IMG/VR virus record: IMGVR_UViG_3300044710_000061
Coordinates: 1 to 59,819 of that record
Direction: 5' to 3' (one strand)
DNA length: 59,819 nt
From: a virus
Lineage: Duplodnaviria > Caudoviricetes
Positions 45,380 to 54,482 of the stretch are shown here, in pieces (positions within the stretch are counted from its first letter, which is position 1; each line of letters opens with the position of its first letter). The notes beneath the pieces are model-generated. The model did not search any database. It was not told the origin of the DNA and worked only from the letters and a program-made list of their open reading frames with translations. The translations under genes were made by a program, and so were the position numbers.

Positions 45380-45961
45380 CTAAGCTGTTGCAGCTTGGAC
45401 TAAGTGTTCTGAGGAGACATAAACACGTCTCTGGCCGCCAAGTAGTTTCACTAAAACGCATATTCTCGAATCGTCGTCAAGTGTTTCAATTTCTCCGCAG
45501 AACTCAACCCACAAGCCTTTGCGTATGAGAACCTTATCGCCGACCTTGAATTTCGGCTCGGTATGTTCGCTTTTCATGTTTACAGTCCAAAGGCTTAACT
45601 CGAGTTGGCGGATTTGCATGATGCCGACGTGCGACGGGTCGTTGTGGCTGATCGTGGCCAGTTCACCGTTGGTTTTCAACAGCGCGCGCTCGCCGTAGGT
45701 CATGCCGGGCGCGGTGCGCAGCGATTCCCATCCGGTGCGGTGCGGCAGCACGAAGAGGTATCCAGGAAACATTGATTTGCTGCCGTCCTGAATGCGGCGG
45801 CGGCGATCCGTGAATTGTCTAGGCATGGTCGGCCTGTAGACCGTGTAGCCGCGAACCCTCAGGGCTTGTTTGGCCATATAGTCGAGGCCTGGCTGGGCAA
45901 TTGCGACATGCCAGCGAAGGACTCCCTCTTGCGGAATGTTGTCCCAATGGATGGCGGTCAT
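45380..45961 (-). CDS. NusG/RfaH-family antiterminator
   Basis: Start MTAIHWD; WHV...MFPGYLFV NGN domain and FKVGDKVLIRKG KOW motif. Confidence 0.85.
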   Translation of the reverse strand: MTAIHWDNIPQEGVLRWHVAIAQPGLDYMAKQALRVRGYTVYRPTMPRQFTDRRRRIQDGSKSMFPGYLFVLPHRTGWESLRTAPGMTYGERALLKTNGELATISHNDPSHVGIMQIRQLELSLWTVNMKSEHTEPKFKVGDKVLIRKGLWVEFCGEIETLDDDSRICVLVKLLGGQRRVYVSSEHLVQAATA

Positions 45962-46539
45962 GAGTTCCCCTTGGATGGTTTCAGATTGCGCGTGGCGTCT
46001 TCGACGGTCAGCCGCTCGAACCAGGTTTCCCGAACGCCAAGCCGTTTTTTGATATCCGCAATCACGCGATCGCACTGGGCTTTGCGTTCGGCCATCTCGG
46101 CTTTCGGAATGACCGGCGCTGGCAATGCGGGTCGCTCGAGCTTTGCGCGTTCCCAAATTGGCTCGGTGTGGATTTCGCACCACTCGTGGACCTCACCGGC
46201 GTTGGGCCGGAATTTCTTGCACTCGCGCGCAATGCCGTGAACCGGCGAGCAGCATTGAACGGCAACCTCCCGCGGGAACTGCGAGAGCACCGTGGCGACA
46301 TTCGCGATGTAGCCGTCAGGAAGATCGCTGCCAGTTGAGTAGGCTGATAGCATCCGCCCCACTTCCCGAAGAACTTCCGGCGGCGTCAGCCTGGCGTTCA
46401 AGCGCTGCGTCCAGCTCATCTGCGAGTTGGAACGCCCTCTCGGCAGGGTGCTGTCGATGGCCATTGATGCGACCTCCGTTTGAGGTTTCCTGGAAATTGC
46501 TGGTTGTCCAATTGCGCCATGCGGCGTCCCAATTCGCAT
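45958..46539 (-). CDS. Replication-associated protein (helicase-loader-like; start uncertain)
   Basis: Follows and overlaps the initiator gene; LSQFP...KFRP...EV pattern. Confidence 0.5.
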   Translation of the reverse strand: MRIGTPHGAIGQPAISRKPQTEVASMAIDSTLPRGRSNSQMSWTQRLNARLTPPEVLREVGRMLSAYSTGSDLPDGYIANVATVLSQFPREVAVQCCSPVHGIARECKKFRPNAGEVHEWCEIHTEPIWERAKLERPALPAPVIPKAEMAERKAQCDRVIADIKKRLGVRETWFERLTVEDATRNLKPSKGNS

Positions 46540-47146
46540 ACGCGCGATTGTGGGCTAGGGCGCTGTCCGTGAAGCGGGCGAACTCCGACGTAGTGCGGGC
46601 GTCATTCCAGCCACGGTCTCGGCCGCACTGCTTTCGCTCTTCGGTCAATCCGAAATCTTCGGGAATGGAGCGCTTCGCACTCACTGCGCGCTTGGCGCGC
46701 TTCCCCCCACTAGGGGGGGTAGGGGGGTTATCTTCCTTAGGTCCTAGATCCAAGGTCCTAGGTCCTAGGTCAGCATCGAGGGCTCGCGAATGTTCTCGAG
46801 GGCTCGCGAGGAGGAGAGTTGGCGGGGGCAGGCGGGACTTGCTAGGCCTATCTATTTTCTGATGTTTTTGCCAATTTATGATCTCAAGATATTGGGCATT
46901 TTCGGCGATGTACCGACGGATGCAGCCTTCTCGCTCCAACTCCCTCAGCCACCCCTCCATGAGGTCGCGCGCATCATCGTCGTACGGGTAGAGAAGACTC
47001 GCGAGCATTCGCGAGGATGCGCGAGCCCTTCCTTCGTCGTCCGCCTCTGTCCATAATTGTATGAATAAAAGCCTAGCGTCTCGAGATAGACGACCGATTG
47101 TTTCTGACTTCGGAAACTCAGGCTTTATGGTGCGGATGCGGGCCAT
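46316..47146 (-). CDS. Replication initiator with a DnaT-like C-terminus
   Basis: MARIRTIKPEF...ADDEGR...W.KHQKIDRPSKS; YANWDAAWRNW. Confidence 0.8.
   Translation of the reverse strand: MARIRTIKPEFPKSETIGRLSRDARLLFIQLWTEADDEGRARASSRMLASLLYPYDDDARDLMEGWLRELEREGCIRRYIAENAQYLEIINWQKHQKIDRPSKSRLPPPTLLLASPREHSRALDADLGPRTLDLGPKEDNPPTPPSGGKRAKRAVSAKRSIPEDFGLTEERKQCGRDRGWNDARTTSEFARFTDSALAHNRAYANWDAAWRNWTTSNFQETSNGGRINGHRQHPAERAFQLADELDAALERQADAAGSSSGSGADAISLLNWQRSS
46738..46810. repeat. Short direct repeats inside the initiator gene (possible origin iterons)
   Basis: GGTCCTAG three times and GAGGGCTCGCGA twice. Confidence 0.45.
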
Positions 47147-47159
47147 CGATATTAGCGAC

Positions 47160-47795
47160 CTAATCTTCTTGCCAGCGGGTTATGCGCTGGCGGACATGTG
47201 TTACTGCCAGTTTCGCCTGTTCCTCTATTTTGTCGCACTCGAAATTGAACTCCCCTACGAGTTTATGAAGAGAGGTTGGGATGTCGTTTTCTGTGCCGGT
47301 TATGGCAATCATTGCGTCTTTCCGGCAGTTATGGATTGCAGTAAAAAAATGCCTTTCCATAGCGTCAGGAAGGGTCATAATCCCGTTTCCAGCGGCCCTC
47401 TCAAACCGCATAATTCGCCAGGTATTTCCGTCTAGTGCTGTGATTTTGAATCTTCGATTCTGAGGCAATCCGGGATCTGCCCCTCCGCTATTCAAGCAAT
47501 AGCGGAATCTGTTTCTGTCATCCTGATGCCGTCGATATTGAGGATCGGAAGGGGAGGAGCCAACGAGTGGCAATCTATCGCTTCCAGCCCAGGCATCTAC
47601 ATCGGCGACATCTATGATGATGCCGTCCTCCGCGATTGAACCGTCGCCAATGAAATTGGCATAAAAATTCAGAGCCAAATCTCGGTGCTTACGAACCTTC
47701 AGAATAGGCTTGTATGCCTTCCTCTTCCTGACGGTCCCTGGAAGCGGTGATGCGGAGGTGGTTTTGCGTTTCTTTACCACGTATAACCTCTTCAA
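47160..47795 (-). CDS. Hypothetical partner of the ParB-like protein
   Basis: Overlaps the ParB-like stop; shares its lower GC. Confidence 0.55.
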   Translation of the reverse strand: MKRLYVVKKRKTTSASPLPGTVRKRKAYKPILKVRKHRDLALNFYANFIGDGSIAEDGIIIDVADVDAWAGSDRLPLVGSSPSDPQYRRHQDDRNRFRYCLNSGGADPGLPQNRRFKITALDGNTWRIMRFERAAGNGIMTLPDAMERHFFTAIHNCRKDAMIAITGTENDIPTSLHKLVGEFNFECDKIEEQAKLAVTHVRQRITRWQED

Positions 47796-48963
47796 TTGCT
47801 GTTAGCATTGCGCGTGACGCTTCAATCTGTGGAATGAAAGAAGCTAAGCGAGCATCCTCAGACAAATGCTGATGCTGCTTGATGAAATGGAAAAGTTCCC
47901 CGCCAGATTTAACTACCGAACGAAGCGCCCATCCCAATTTCTCTCTACGTTCTCGAAAGACCGTGAACTGTTCTTCAAGAAGAAGACTTTCACGCTCTCG
48001 TTTCTCAATATTTTTCTGTCCTCTTATTGCCTCTGTAATAACGCTTGAGACGTACAACTTTACGCCTTCAGCAGTGATCTTTCCGCGATCGCCATGAAAC
48101 CCGTTTACAGCAGATGAAGCACAGTCATCGACCATGCTTTTGGCGAGAGCAAAATGCTGATCAATCGGTATAAATCGTCGCCCTGAATCACTTGTCACAG
48201 CATTGCGAAAAGCCCGAAATTGATCATCGTTAGCGAACAATGAAACGCATGTTTCGTCGAAAATTCTAGGATAGGCCGCAGCGCTTGTTTCGGCAGCTTT
48301 AGAAGCCTTCTCAGCGGCTAACGATTTCTTTCCATGCTCTTTGAGAATATCGCTTTTCACATCAGAAATAATCTTGGCGTAAATTCCGGACGCCTTTAGC
48401 GAGGCAATTCCATCAACGATCTGTTGCTTATCTCGCGGCGATCTTTCCTCTTCGCCAGTCCCGAAGTAGCGCTGGATGATGCGCCAACCCAAACCATCAC
48501 CAGATTCCAAACTCGTGCAGGTTCTTTCAAATGATCCCGGCCCCTGAAATGATTGAGCAATGTCTGGCACGTTGGCCGAAAATTCGGCCAACGTATGGCT
48601 TTCCAGCATTGTTTTAGCCAACCGCTTGGTGACTGCTCCGACTTCATTCATGATCGCCGCAGCTCTAACGCCAGCTTGGATGGCGTTTTCGCTCACCATT
48701 AGCCGGATCATGTCGTCTTCCGACATGTCACGGACATCAATATCTACGACGGAAAGTCCAGCTTTGCGGGCAGCCGCTATTCGATGGTGTCCGCAGGCTA
48801 ACTCATACTCGCCACCTTTCACTTTCCGCGCCCGAACACCTCCGAAAAAACCATGACGGTTGATAGAATTTACAAGCTTATCTATCTGTCCCTCATCAAG
48901 CGGGTAGAGCTCCAAATCACGCCAAGGATTGGAGCGCAATTTGTTTAGCCGTATCTCTGTCAT
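47689..48963 (-). CDS. ParB/Srx N-terminal domain protein
   Basis: NPWR...LVNSINRHG...YELACGHHRIAAA...EN. Confidence 0.8.
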   Translation of the reverse strand: MTEIRLNKLRSNPWRDLELYPLDEGQIDKLVNSINRHGFFGGVRARKVKGGEYELACGHHRIAAARKAGLSVVDIDVRDMSEDDMIRLMVSENAIQAGVRAAAIMNEVGAVTKRLAKTMLESHTLAEFSANVPDIAQSFQGPGSFERTCTSLESGDGLGWRIIQRYFGTGEEERSPRDKQQIVDGIASLKASGIYAKIISDVKSDILKEHGKKSLAAEKASKAAETSAAAYPRIFDETCVSLFANDDQFRAFRNAVTSDSGRRFIPIDQHFALAKSMVDDCASSAVNGFHGDRGKITAEGVKLYVSSVITEAIRGQKNIEKRERESLLLEEQFTVFRERREKLGWALRSVVKSGGELFHFIKQHQHLSEDARLASFIPQIEASRAMLTAIEEVIRGKETQNHLRITASRDRQEEEGIQAYSEGS

Positions 48964-48989
48964 TGATTTTCAACCTCCCATATGTGCTG

Positions 48990-49310
48990 TCACAACAACC
49001 TCTCCTGCACTGTCATCCGCCACGACGGCACGTCCCTCGGCTCGCGCCGTATCCTCAGCCGGTACCGGTGCAGGCCGCGCTGGCCTGGCACGCGCTCCCT
49101 ATCGACCGCGTGAGCACCGAACTTCGGCTTTCGGAAATCCCGCGTACGGGCGTTTATGGACGCCCAGCGATAGCCCGTGATGCGTTCCAGCTCTTCTGGC
49201 GTATGCCACTGCTCGTCCGCCATTGCGGCCCACACACGGGCATATTGGCTCCGCAGGCGGTCACCATCGAGTGCCTCGTCATAGGTTTCGCCATCGAAGG
49301 TCTGGGTCAT
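48990..49310 (-). CDS. Small winged-helix-like protein
   Basis: FDGETY...ASINARTRDFRKPKFG. Confidence 0.65.
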   Translation of the reverse strand: MTQTFDGETYDEALDGDRLRSQYARVWAAMADEQWHTPEELERITGYRWASINARTRDFRKPKFGAHAVDRERVPGQRGLHRYRLRIRREPRDVPSWRMTVQERLL

Positions 49311-49313
49311 GGG

Positions 49314-49820
49314 TCACGCCGCTATCCGCAGTCGCCTGAATGCGTCTTCCGACATCGACCGTTTCAGGTGGCAGCGGCAGTACGCCAGGCCGCCACCGAC
49401 GTTAGGATCGCCGCAGAAGAAATACTGGCCCCCTCGTGACGGCGCATTGAGCGGCCATCGGCATTGCGTTGGCTCAAGGTCCAGCAATGCCACGCCTGTG
49501 CCATCGACGTAGGCTTCTTCCTTGATGGGATCGGCCTTGAATTCCGGCGGCTCTTCCTTGCGTTTTGGCATGATGGTGATCTCCCGGTTTTTCTGAACAG
49601 GCTTAGCTGCCTTATTTGAAGATCCTGGCCAGCCGGGCGCACGAGGAGTCAGCCCCAACCTATGAACGCGTCCAGCTACAGCATTTCGGGTGCGCCCTAC
49701 CTCAGCCGCTATGAAAGACAAGGTAACCCCCTCGGCCCACCTAACCTTGAGGAGATCATCTTCGGTCGTCACCCATAGCCGCGGTTGACTCCATGGTTCC
49801 GGCGCAAATTCGAAATTCAT
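49314..49820 (-). CDS. gcrA: GcrA-like cell-cycle regulator
   Basis: W...WAEG...IAAEVGRTRNAVAGRVHRLGL; LLDL...CRWP...FCG...YC-x-x-H. Confidence 0.85.
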   Translation of the reverse strand: MNFEFAPEPWSQPRLWVTTEDDLLKVRWAEGVTLSFIAAEVGRTRNAVAGRVHRLGLTPRAPGWPGSSNKAAKPVQKNREITIMPKRKEEPPEFKADPIKEEAYVDGTGVALLDLEPTQCRWPLNAPSRGGQYFFCGDPNVGGGLAYCRCHLKRSMSEDAFRRLRIAA

Positions 49821-50500
49821 TTCTGCGTCTCCGCCAGCATTCTGATTATCTTTGACCTGATGCCCTGCAATGACTTACCCAAAGCCAATGCGATCTCCCG
49901 AACCGGAGCGCCGGACGACCTCATCTGCTTGAGTTTTTCAACTTGTTCTGAGGTGTACTTCTCTCGCGGCCCTTGCGCGCTGCGAGGCTCATCCGCAATA
50001 GACCCGTCCAACATAATCTCAATTCTTGAGATGGCTTCTATGGTTGCTGGCTCTTTCTGAAGACGAATTATCGACTCAATGGCCCGCACACCACTAATGA
50101 TCGTAGTGTGGTCACACCTGTTAAACTTGCTAGCTATTTGATGGTAGGAACACCGCGTGAGTTTGCGGCACAGGTAGAATGCAACATGCCTTGGCCTAAC
50201 AAATCTATAACTCCTATTCTCTGATAGGATACCCCGCATATCTACGTTGAAGTATCTTGAGGTTTGCCGCAATATTTCATGCATTCTGCCGTGTTTTATG
50301 ATGACATTTGGCAGTTGCACCGGAGGTGCAGACTGAAATGCAGGCTTAGCCTTACGCTTCTTTTCAGGTGGCTTAGGTGGCAATATTGGCTTGCTATCGA
50401 TACTTTCCATCCCTGCCAATCGGCGTCTATGCCCTTCCATAACGCGACGCTTGACCTCTTCAGCCGTCTTGCAATCGTCTTTAACTGCCAGCCAAACCAT
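49817..50500 (-). CDS. Protein with a DnaA C-terminal HTH domain plus a second HTH
   Basis: RPRHVAFYLCRKLT-x-x-SYHQIA-x-x-F-x-x-x-DHTTIISGVR. Confidence 0.8.
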   Translation of the reverse strand: MVWLAVKDDCKTAEEVKRRVMEGHRRRLAGMESIDSKPILPPKPPEKKRKAKPAFQSAPPVQLPNVIIKHGRMHEILRQTSRYFNVDMRGILSENRSYRFVRPRHVAFYLCRKLTRCSYHQIASKFNRCDHTTIISGVRAIESIIRLQKEPATIEAISRIEIMLDGSIADEPRSAQGPREKYTSEQVEKLKQMRSSGAPVREIALALGKSLQGIRSKIIRMLAETQK

Positions 50501-50509
50501 TTTCCCTCC

Positions 50510-51049
50510 TTATTCCTTCGGACATATCTCGACACGGCACATGCCACTCTGAATTCCAGGCCCAAACTCGATAATTTGCTTGCGGCAATCACGATCGTTG
50601 CCGATCGCCATTATCCGCTCCAAATAATCCTCAAGGACTTTCATCCTGTTTCCGCAGTCATATTTGCCAGCATCCTGCTCCGGCCAAATGATGTGGATGA
50701 CATACAGTCCCTTGAATACCGGCAGGGGCTTTGGCCATGACCCGCAAACCATCAGCACATAAGGATCAGCTTTCTGGATCCATTTCTGCACGGATGGAGA
50801 GCGATTCCCGAGCTTGCGCATCATGGTGTTCACGCTCGGTGGGAGCGGTAGGTCCAACACCAATCGCCGCGTTGGCATCTTCATCATGATGCCGTGCCGA
50901 TCGCTCGGGTGAAAATGCTCGTCGGTGAGGCGCGCCACCTCCCAACCATCGAGGAGGTGGTGCCCTATCTCAGAATAGGGCACCCTCTTGTAGGCGCCAT
51001 CCAGCAGACCGCGTTGGTCTGCTGGAAAGATTGCGAGAGGATCGCTCAT
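50510..51049 (-). CDS. rusA: RusA-like Holliday junction resolvase
   Basis: LPLPPSVN, D-x-x-N-x-x-K-x-x-x-D, ND. Confidence 0.7.
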   Translation of the reverse strand: MSDPLAIFPADQRGLLDGAYKRVPYSEIGHHLLDGWEVARLTDEHFHPSDRHGIMMKMPTRRLVLDLPLPPSVNTMMRKLGNRSPSVQKWIQKADPYVLMVCGSWPKPLPVFKGLYVIHIIWPEQDAGKYDCGNRMKVLEDYLERIMAIGNDRDCRKQIIEFGPGIQSGMCRVEICPKE

Positions 51050-51061
51050 CTCGCGCTATTC

Positions 51062-51445
51062 CTACGAATCAGGGAGAAACCCAGCAGGCAAAGGCGCAGG
51101 CACGTCCTTCTCGGCAAGAGCCTGATAACGAGCAATAATTCTCCGACAAGCCTCAATATCCGCCCGATACATCTCAGGGTCCACCGACTCCAGGTAACGG
51201 GCGTCTGCGTGGAGTCGCAAAATGAGCTCGCTATCATTTTCTGAATCCTTTCTCTGCGCGGCAGCCTCCAGCTTCAATCTGGTTTTCCTGCTAAGCCGCC
51301 ATTCCTCATAAAATGCTGCATATGCTTGGCGCACGCTTATCCCCGCGGTCTTTGCTACGCGCGCCAACCAAGCTTTTCGATTTTCATTGTGTTGGAGATA
51401 GCCGCCTATCCTGGCGACCAACTCTCTCCCGTAACGATTTTGCAT
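51062..51445 (-). CDS. HTH protein (CII-like position)
   Basis: LARVAKTAGISVRQAYAAFY. Confidence 0.6.
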   Translation of the reverse strand: MQNRYGRELVARIGGYLQHNENRKAWLARVAKTAGISVRQAYAAFYEEWRLSRKTRLKLEAAAQRKDSENDSELILRLHADARYLESVDPEMYRADIEACRRIIARYQALAEKDVPAPLPAGFLPDS

Positions 51446-51785
51446 AGTTTCTCTCCATGGAGCCTGAGTACCGTTGGTTCATGGGGAGACGGGATTGTGC
51501 TTACTGGAAACCCCCCCGCTCCTTTGTGTTGGACTCGGCCGCGCTGGAACGCGGAACGTCCTTTTTGTGGGTCGATTTCGGGATGAGTAACAATGGAAAT
51601 ACCAACAGCAATTATTGTGGATTTGGAGCGCCTCCTTTCCATGTTGGACGCGCGAGCCGAAAGGCAGAACGTCGTGTACTTGGAACTGGAAAGGGCAAAG
51701 CGGGCGGCGGAACTTGCACGGAAATCCACTCCGTGCGGTGCTCAACACCGCCCGCTAACCGGCCCCGATCGGGAGAAACAAACCG

Positions 51786-51992
51786 GGCCGGATTGGGAAG
51801 AGTGACGGCGGCTGACATCCGGGACCAGTGAAGGCCGGGCCATGTGGGCCGCCGTCTATCGGCCGATGTGCACTCCGGCAGATCGCCTGTGCACCGGGAA
51901 TCGCGCGAGAGACCCTCGGCCGACCTGGAAAGAGTGACGGCGGTAGGGCGCTCCGAGTTTACGGGCTCTGCTTGCTGCCGCCGTCTATCAGC
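51786..51992. repeat. Tandemly duplicated stem-loop unit
   Basis: AAGAGTGACGGCGG...GCCGCCGTCTATC occurs twice, with different loops. Confidence 0.7.
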
Positions 51993-52177
51993 AGGGGAGC
52001 TTGTGGGTTCACCTGCTGAACTAGGGTTGTGGCATACAACCTTGCCACAATCTTTGCTAGATTTTTGATTGACAATCTGTGACGGGAGGATGAAAAGATG
52101 ACGGAGGGTGGGCGAGAATGAATTTTTTCTATGGCAGCGGGAGGGGCAATGTCTGCCACTATTCTGCGGTTCCCACG

Positions 52178-52366
52178 TCATGGCACTGCCTCGCCAAGCT
52201 CGGCGAGCACTCGCCTTACCAAGGTTTTAGACGATCCATTTGATGGAATTCCGAAGGCTTCCCAACGGGATACGACGGACTGGACAACGCCAAATCGTTT
52301 AGCGAATTCCGCCTGGCTCTCGCCAAGCTTCTCGCGTGCTTCTCGGATGACTTCGCCTGTGATCAT
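52178..52366 (-). CDS. cro: Cro-like HTH repressor
   Basis: IREAREKLGESQAEFAKRFGVVQSVVSRWE; divergent from the cI-like gene. Confidence 0.85.
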   Translation of the reverse strand: MITGEVIREAREKLGESQAEFAKRFGVVQSVVSRWEAFGIPSNGSSKTLVRRVLAELGEAVP

Positions 52367-52373
52367 TCCGATA

Positions 52374-52416
52374 GTATGCAAAAGGCATACGAGCGATGTC
52401 AATGCCAAACGCATAC
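52374..52416. promoter_or_regulatory. Operator pair overlapping the cro promoter
   Basis: GTATGC-N5-GCATAC (52374-52390) and CAATGC-N5-GCATAC (52400-52416); minus-strand TTGACA at 52397-52402. Confidence 0.75.
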
Positions 52417-52430
52417 GGCTCGTCAAAATA

Positions 52431-52760
52431 ATGAGTCGTATGTCAGAACCTCACGAACGGCTAAAGGAAGCGCGCTCAAAATCCTTTGAGGAGGCGGCCG
52501 ACGCAGCGCGATCTATGGGCGTCAATCTGCAGACGTACTACGCCCACGAAAACGGCCGACGCGGCTTTAGAGCCCCGAGCGCACTCAAATACGCCACCAA
52601 ATTCCGGGTTAACGTAGACTGGCTACTGTATAACAGAGGTCCACGCGATCGCGCCGCATCACCATTGGACGGCATCGACGATCTTCCCCCGGAAGGCCAA
52701 GAACTCGTTGCAGAATATATCGAGATGCTGCGGCTGAAATATCAGCGCCGGCGAGCATAA
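52431..52760 (+). CDS. cI: CI-like XRE repressor without a peptidase domain
   Basis: ERLKEAR...AARSMGV...TYYAHENGRRG...VDWLL. Confidence 0.8.
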   Translation: MSRMSEPHERLKEARSKSFEEAADAARSMGVNLQTYYAHENGRRGFRAPSALKYATKFRVNVDWLLYNRGPRDRAASPLDGIDDLPPEGQELVAEYIEMLRLKYQRRRA

Positions 52761-52792
52761 AATTCACACTGGATAAAAAATTTCCTCTCATC

Positions 52793-52840
52793 GTATGCTT
52801 TTTGCATTGACGGGTGTATGCGTTTAGCATAATGCTATCT
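52793..52840 (+). promoter_or_regulatory. Operator pair and promoter for the plus-strand early operon
   Basis: GTATGC-N5-GCATTG (52793-52809) and GTATGC-N5-GCATAA (52816-52832); TTGACG at 52807. Confidence 0.75.
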
Positions 52841-52861
52841 CCTGCAAGACGGGAGACGCAA

Positions 52862-53038
52862 ATGACCAACAAGAAATGCGACTGGTGCGAGCAGGCTGAT
52901 CGGCCGCTGGCCAAATACAGTGCAGAGCCGCATATCGCTCCCCATCGATTTTTTTGCTCGCTCGAATGCAGCAATTCATATCACGGCAGCATCGGCCGCA
53001 TTCAGTTCGCCAGCGCGGGCGCCAAACGGGAGCGCTGA
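52862..53038 (+). CDS. 58-aa zinc-finger protein with the C-terminal QFASA motif
   Basis: CDWC...FCSLEC; ends SIGRIQFASAGAKRER. Confidence 0.65.
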   Translation: MTNKKCDWCEQADRPLAKYSAEPHIAPHRFFCSLECSNSYHGSIGRIQFASAGAKRER

Positions 53039-53039
53039 G

Positions 53040-53243
53040 ATGATCCCCTTCGAAGAACAGGAAGAAATCCGCCGGCTCGCATCGAATGCGTTCAATTACG
53101 GCGAAGGAGAAGCTAACGCCATAATTGAAGGGCGCGACTTCGACCGCCTGCCCTATTCGCACCGTGCCCGCTGGTTGCGCTCCGAGGCCATGCGCATCGG
53201 CAGCATTCAGTTCGCCAGCGCCGACGCACGGAGGGTGAAATGA
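53040..53243 (+). CDS. 67-aa protein with the C-terminal QFASA motif
   Basis: GGAG SD; ends RIGSIQFASADARRVK. Confidence 0.65.
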   Translation: MIPFEEQEEIRRLASNAFNYGEGEANAIIEGRDFDRLPYSHRARWLRSEAMRIGSIQFASADARRVK

Positions 53244-53428
53244 CTAAAGAACAGGCCCTCTACTTCATCAACCAGGAATTGTCTCGCATCGAGATGATCA
53301 AGCTCCGTTCTGATCTCACCGACGAACAGAAGCTTGAAGCAGTCCGCATCGGCCAGCTGCAGTTTGTATCTGCCGGCGCAAGGCGAGAGCTCTACGAGCT
53401 GGACGGCGACGGTGCTGGCGACGAATGA
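53240..53428 (+). CDS. 62-aa protein with the QFVSA motif
   Basis: ATGA overlap; RIGQLQFVSAGARRE. Confidence 0.65.
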   Translation: MTKEQALYFINQELSRIEMIKLRSDLTDEQKLEAVRIGQLQFVSAGARRELYELDGDGAGDE

Positions 53429-53603
53429 CCTACAGCCACGGCGAGCGCCCGCTGTTCATGGTCCGGCTTGGTTGGCGCGTAGCCAAGCTAAAGCACCTCC
53501 TCCGGAGGATATTCAGGAACGCCAATGCCTAGCCCCACGGGCTGAACCCCGAATGAGCGTGGGGATCGTAGCTCTGCAGGGACAGCAAAGGAGACACACA
53601 CCA

Positions 53604-54149
53604 ATGATAAATCTTGGTATTTCCTACAATAAATTGCTTACGGCAGGAGTCGCCGCGGTGCTCACCGCTGGCATCCTGGCTATCGCAGACGCGCGAACTA
53701 GCGCCACGCGATGCAATGACAAGGGGTTCTTCGCTGATCACCCGCGTAGGTGCACTCAGTGGTTTGAATTCGGCATCTGGCGGCACGTAACGCACTTGGC
53801 GCATGCAGTGCACCATCCGCGGCCGCACATCGAGTTTCCGCCGGTCCAGAGTTTCGAGATGACAGATCAGTCCGTCACTGTCAGGCGTGATCCGCAGGCT
53901 TCCAACGATTTCAGACCCGACCAATACATTGCCCTACAGACGGCCGAGGATATGGTTCGCTCTGCCGCTCCGTACGGCTTTGCTGGTACAGGCTGGTCCA
54001 TATCCATATTCGACATGGGACGCAAACACCCGCCGCTGTACGCTCCGACCGTTCGCAAGACTGCAGCGGTTGCCCCGCCTCAGCTTCATCCATCAGAGAG
54101 CGGCGGCGGTTACTACAACGCTCACCCACAGCCCCGTATTGACAAGTGA
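53604..54149 (+). CDS. Membrane-anchored or exported hypothetical protein
   Basis: AAAGGAG SD; hydrophobic N-terminus. Confidence 0.55.
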   Translation: MINLGISYNKLLTAGVAAVLTAGILAIADARTSATRCNDKGFFADHPRRCTQWFEFGIWRHVTHLAHAVHHPRPHIEFPPVQSFEMTDQSVTVRRDPQASNDFRPDQYIALQTAEDMVRSAAPYGFAGTGWSISIFDMGRKHPPLYAPTVRKTAAVAPPQLHPSESGGGYYNAHPQPRIDK

Positions 54150-54290
54150 TTTCAGTTTCTGGGTCGGGAGTGTCGCGACCCAGAGGCGGGAAACATGGGA
54201 ACACCAAATGACCATGCTCATCATCGGCATAATCATCGGCCAACTAGTGTTAGGCTTTTACATCATCATGGCAAACGCAGGGGCTGACGA

Positions 54291-54482
54291 ATGACAGACC
54301 GCGAAATGCTTGAGCTGTGCATGGACGCCTTTAAGGCTCTTCCTACAGCTACAACAAGCAAAGTTTTCATAAAGAAATATGGATTCAAAGACGCCGAAGT
54401 CGTCTATGGCGGAACTGCATCCTACAAACTCGCCAAGTCTATGTACCGACGTCTTCGTGAGCATTTGGGAGTGCAAGAATGA
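54291..54482 (+). CDS. Hypothetical protein
   Basis: Coupled small ORF. Confidence 0.5.
   Translation: MTDREMLELCMDAFKALPTATTSKVFIKKYGFKDAEVVYGGTASYKLAKSMYRRLREHLGVQE

Noticed and set aside
52131-52430. N-terminal extension of the repressor in the ORF track (209 aa)
   Set aside because: It overlaps cro and the operators; the HTH domain begins at 52431.
53430-53600. Possible tRNA or ncRNA in the early intergenic gap
   Set aside because: There are a few hairpins but no cloverleaf, T-loop or repeated motif; too weak to call. No tRNA was recognised anywhere in the window.
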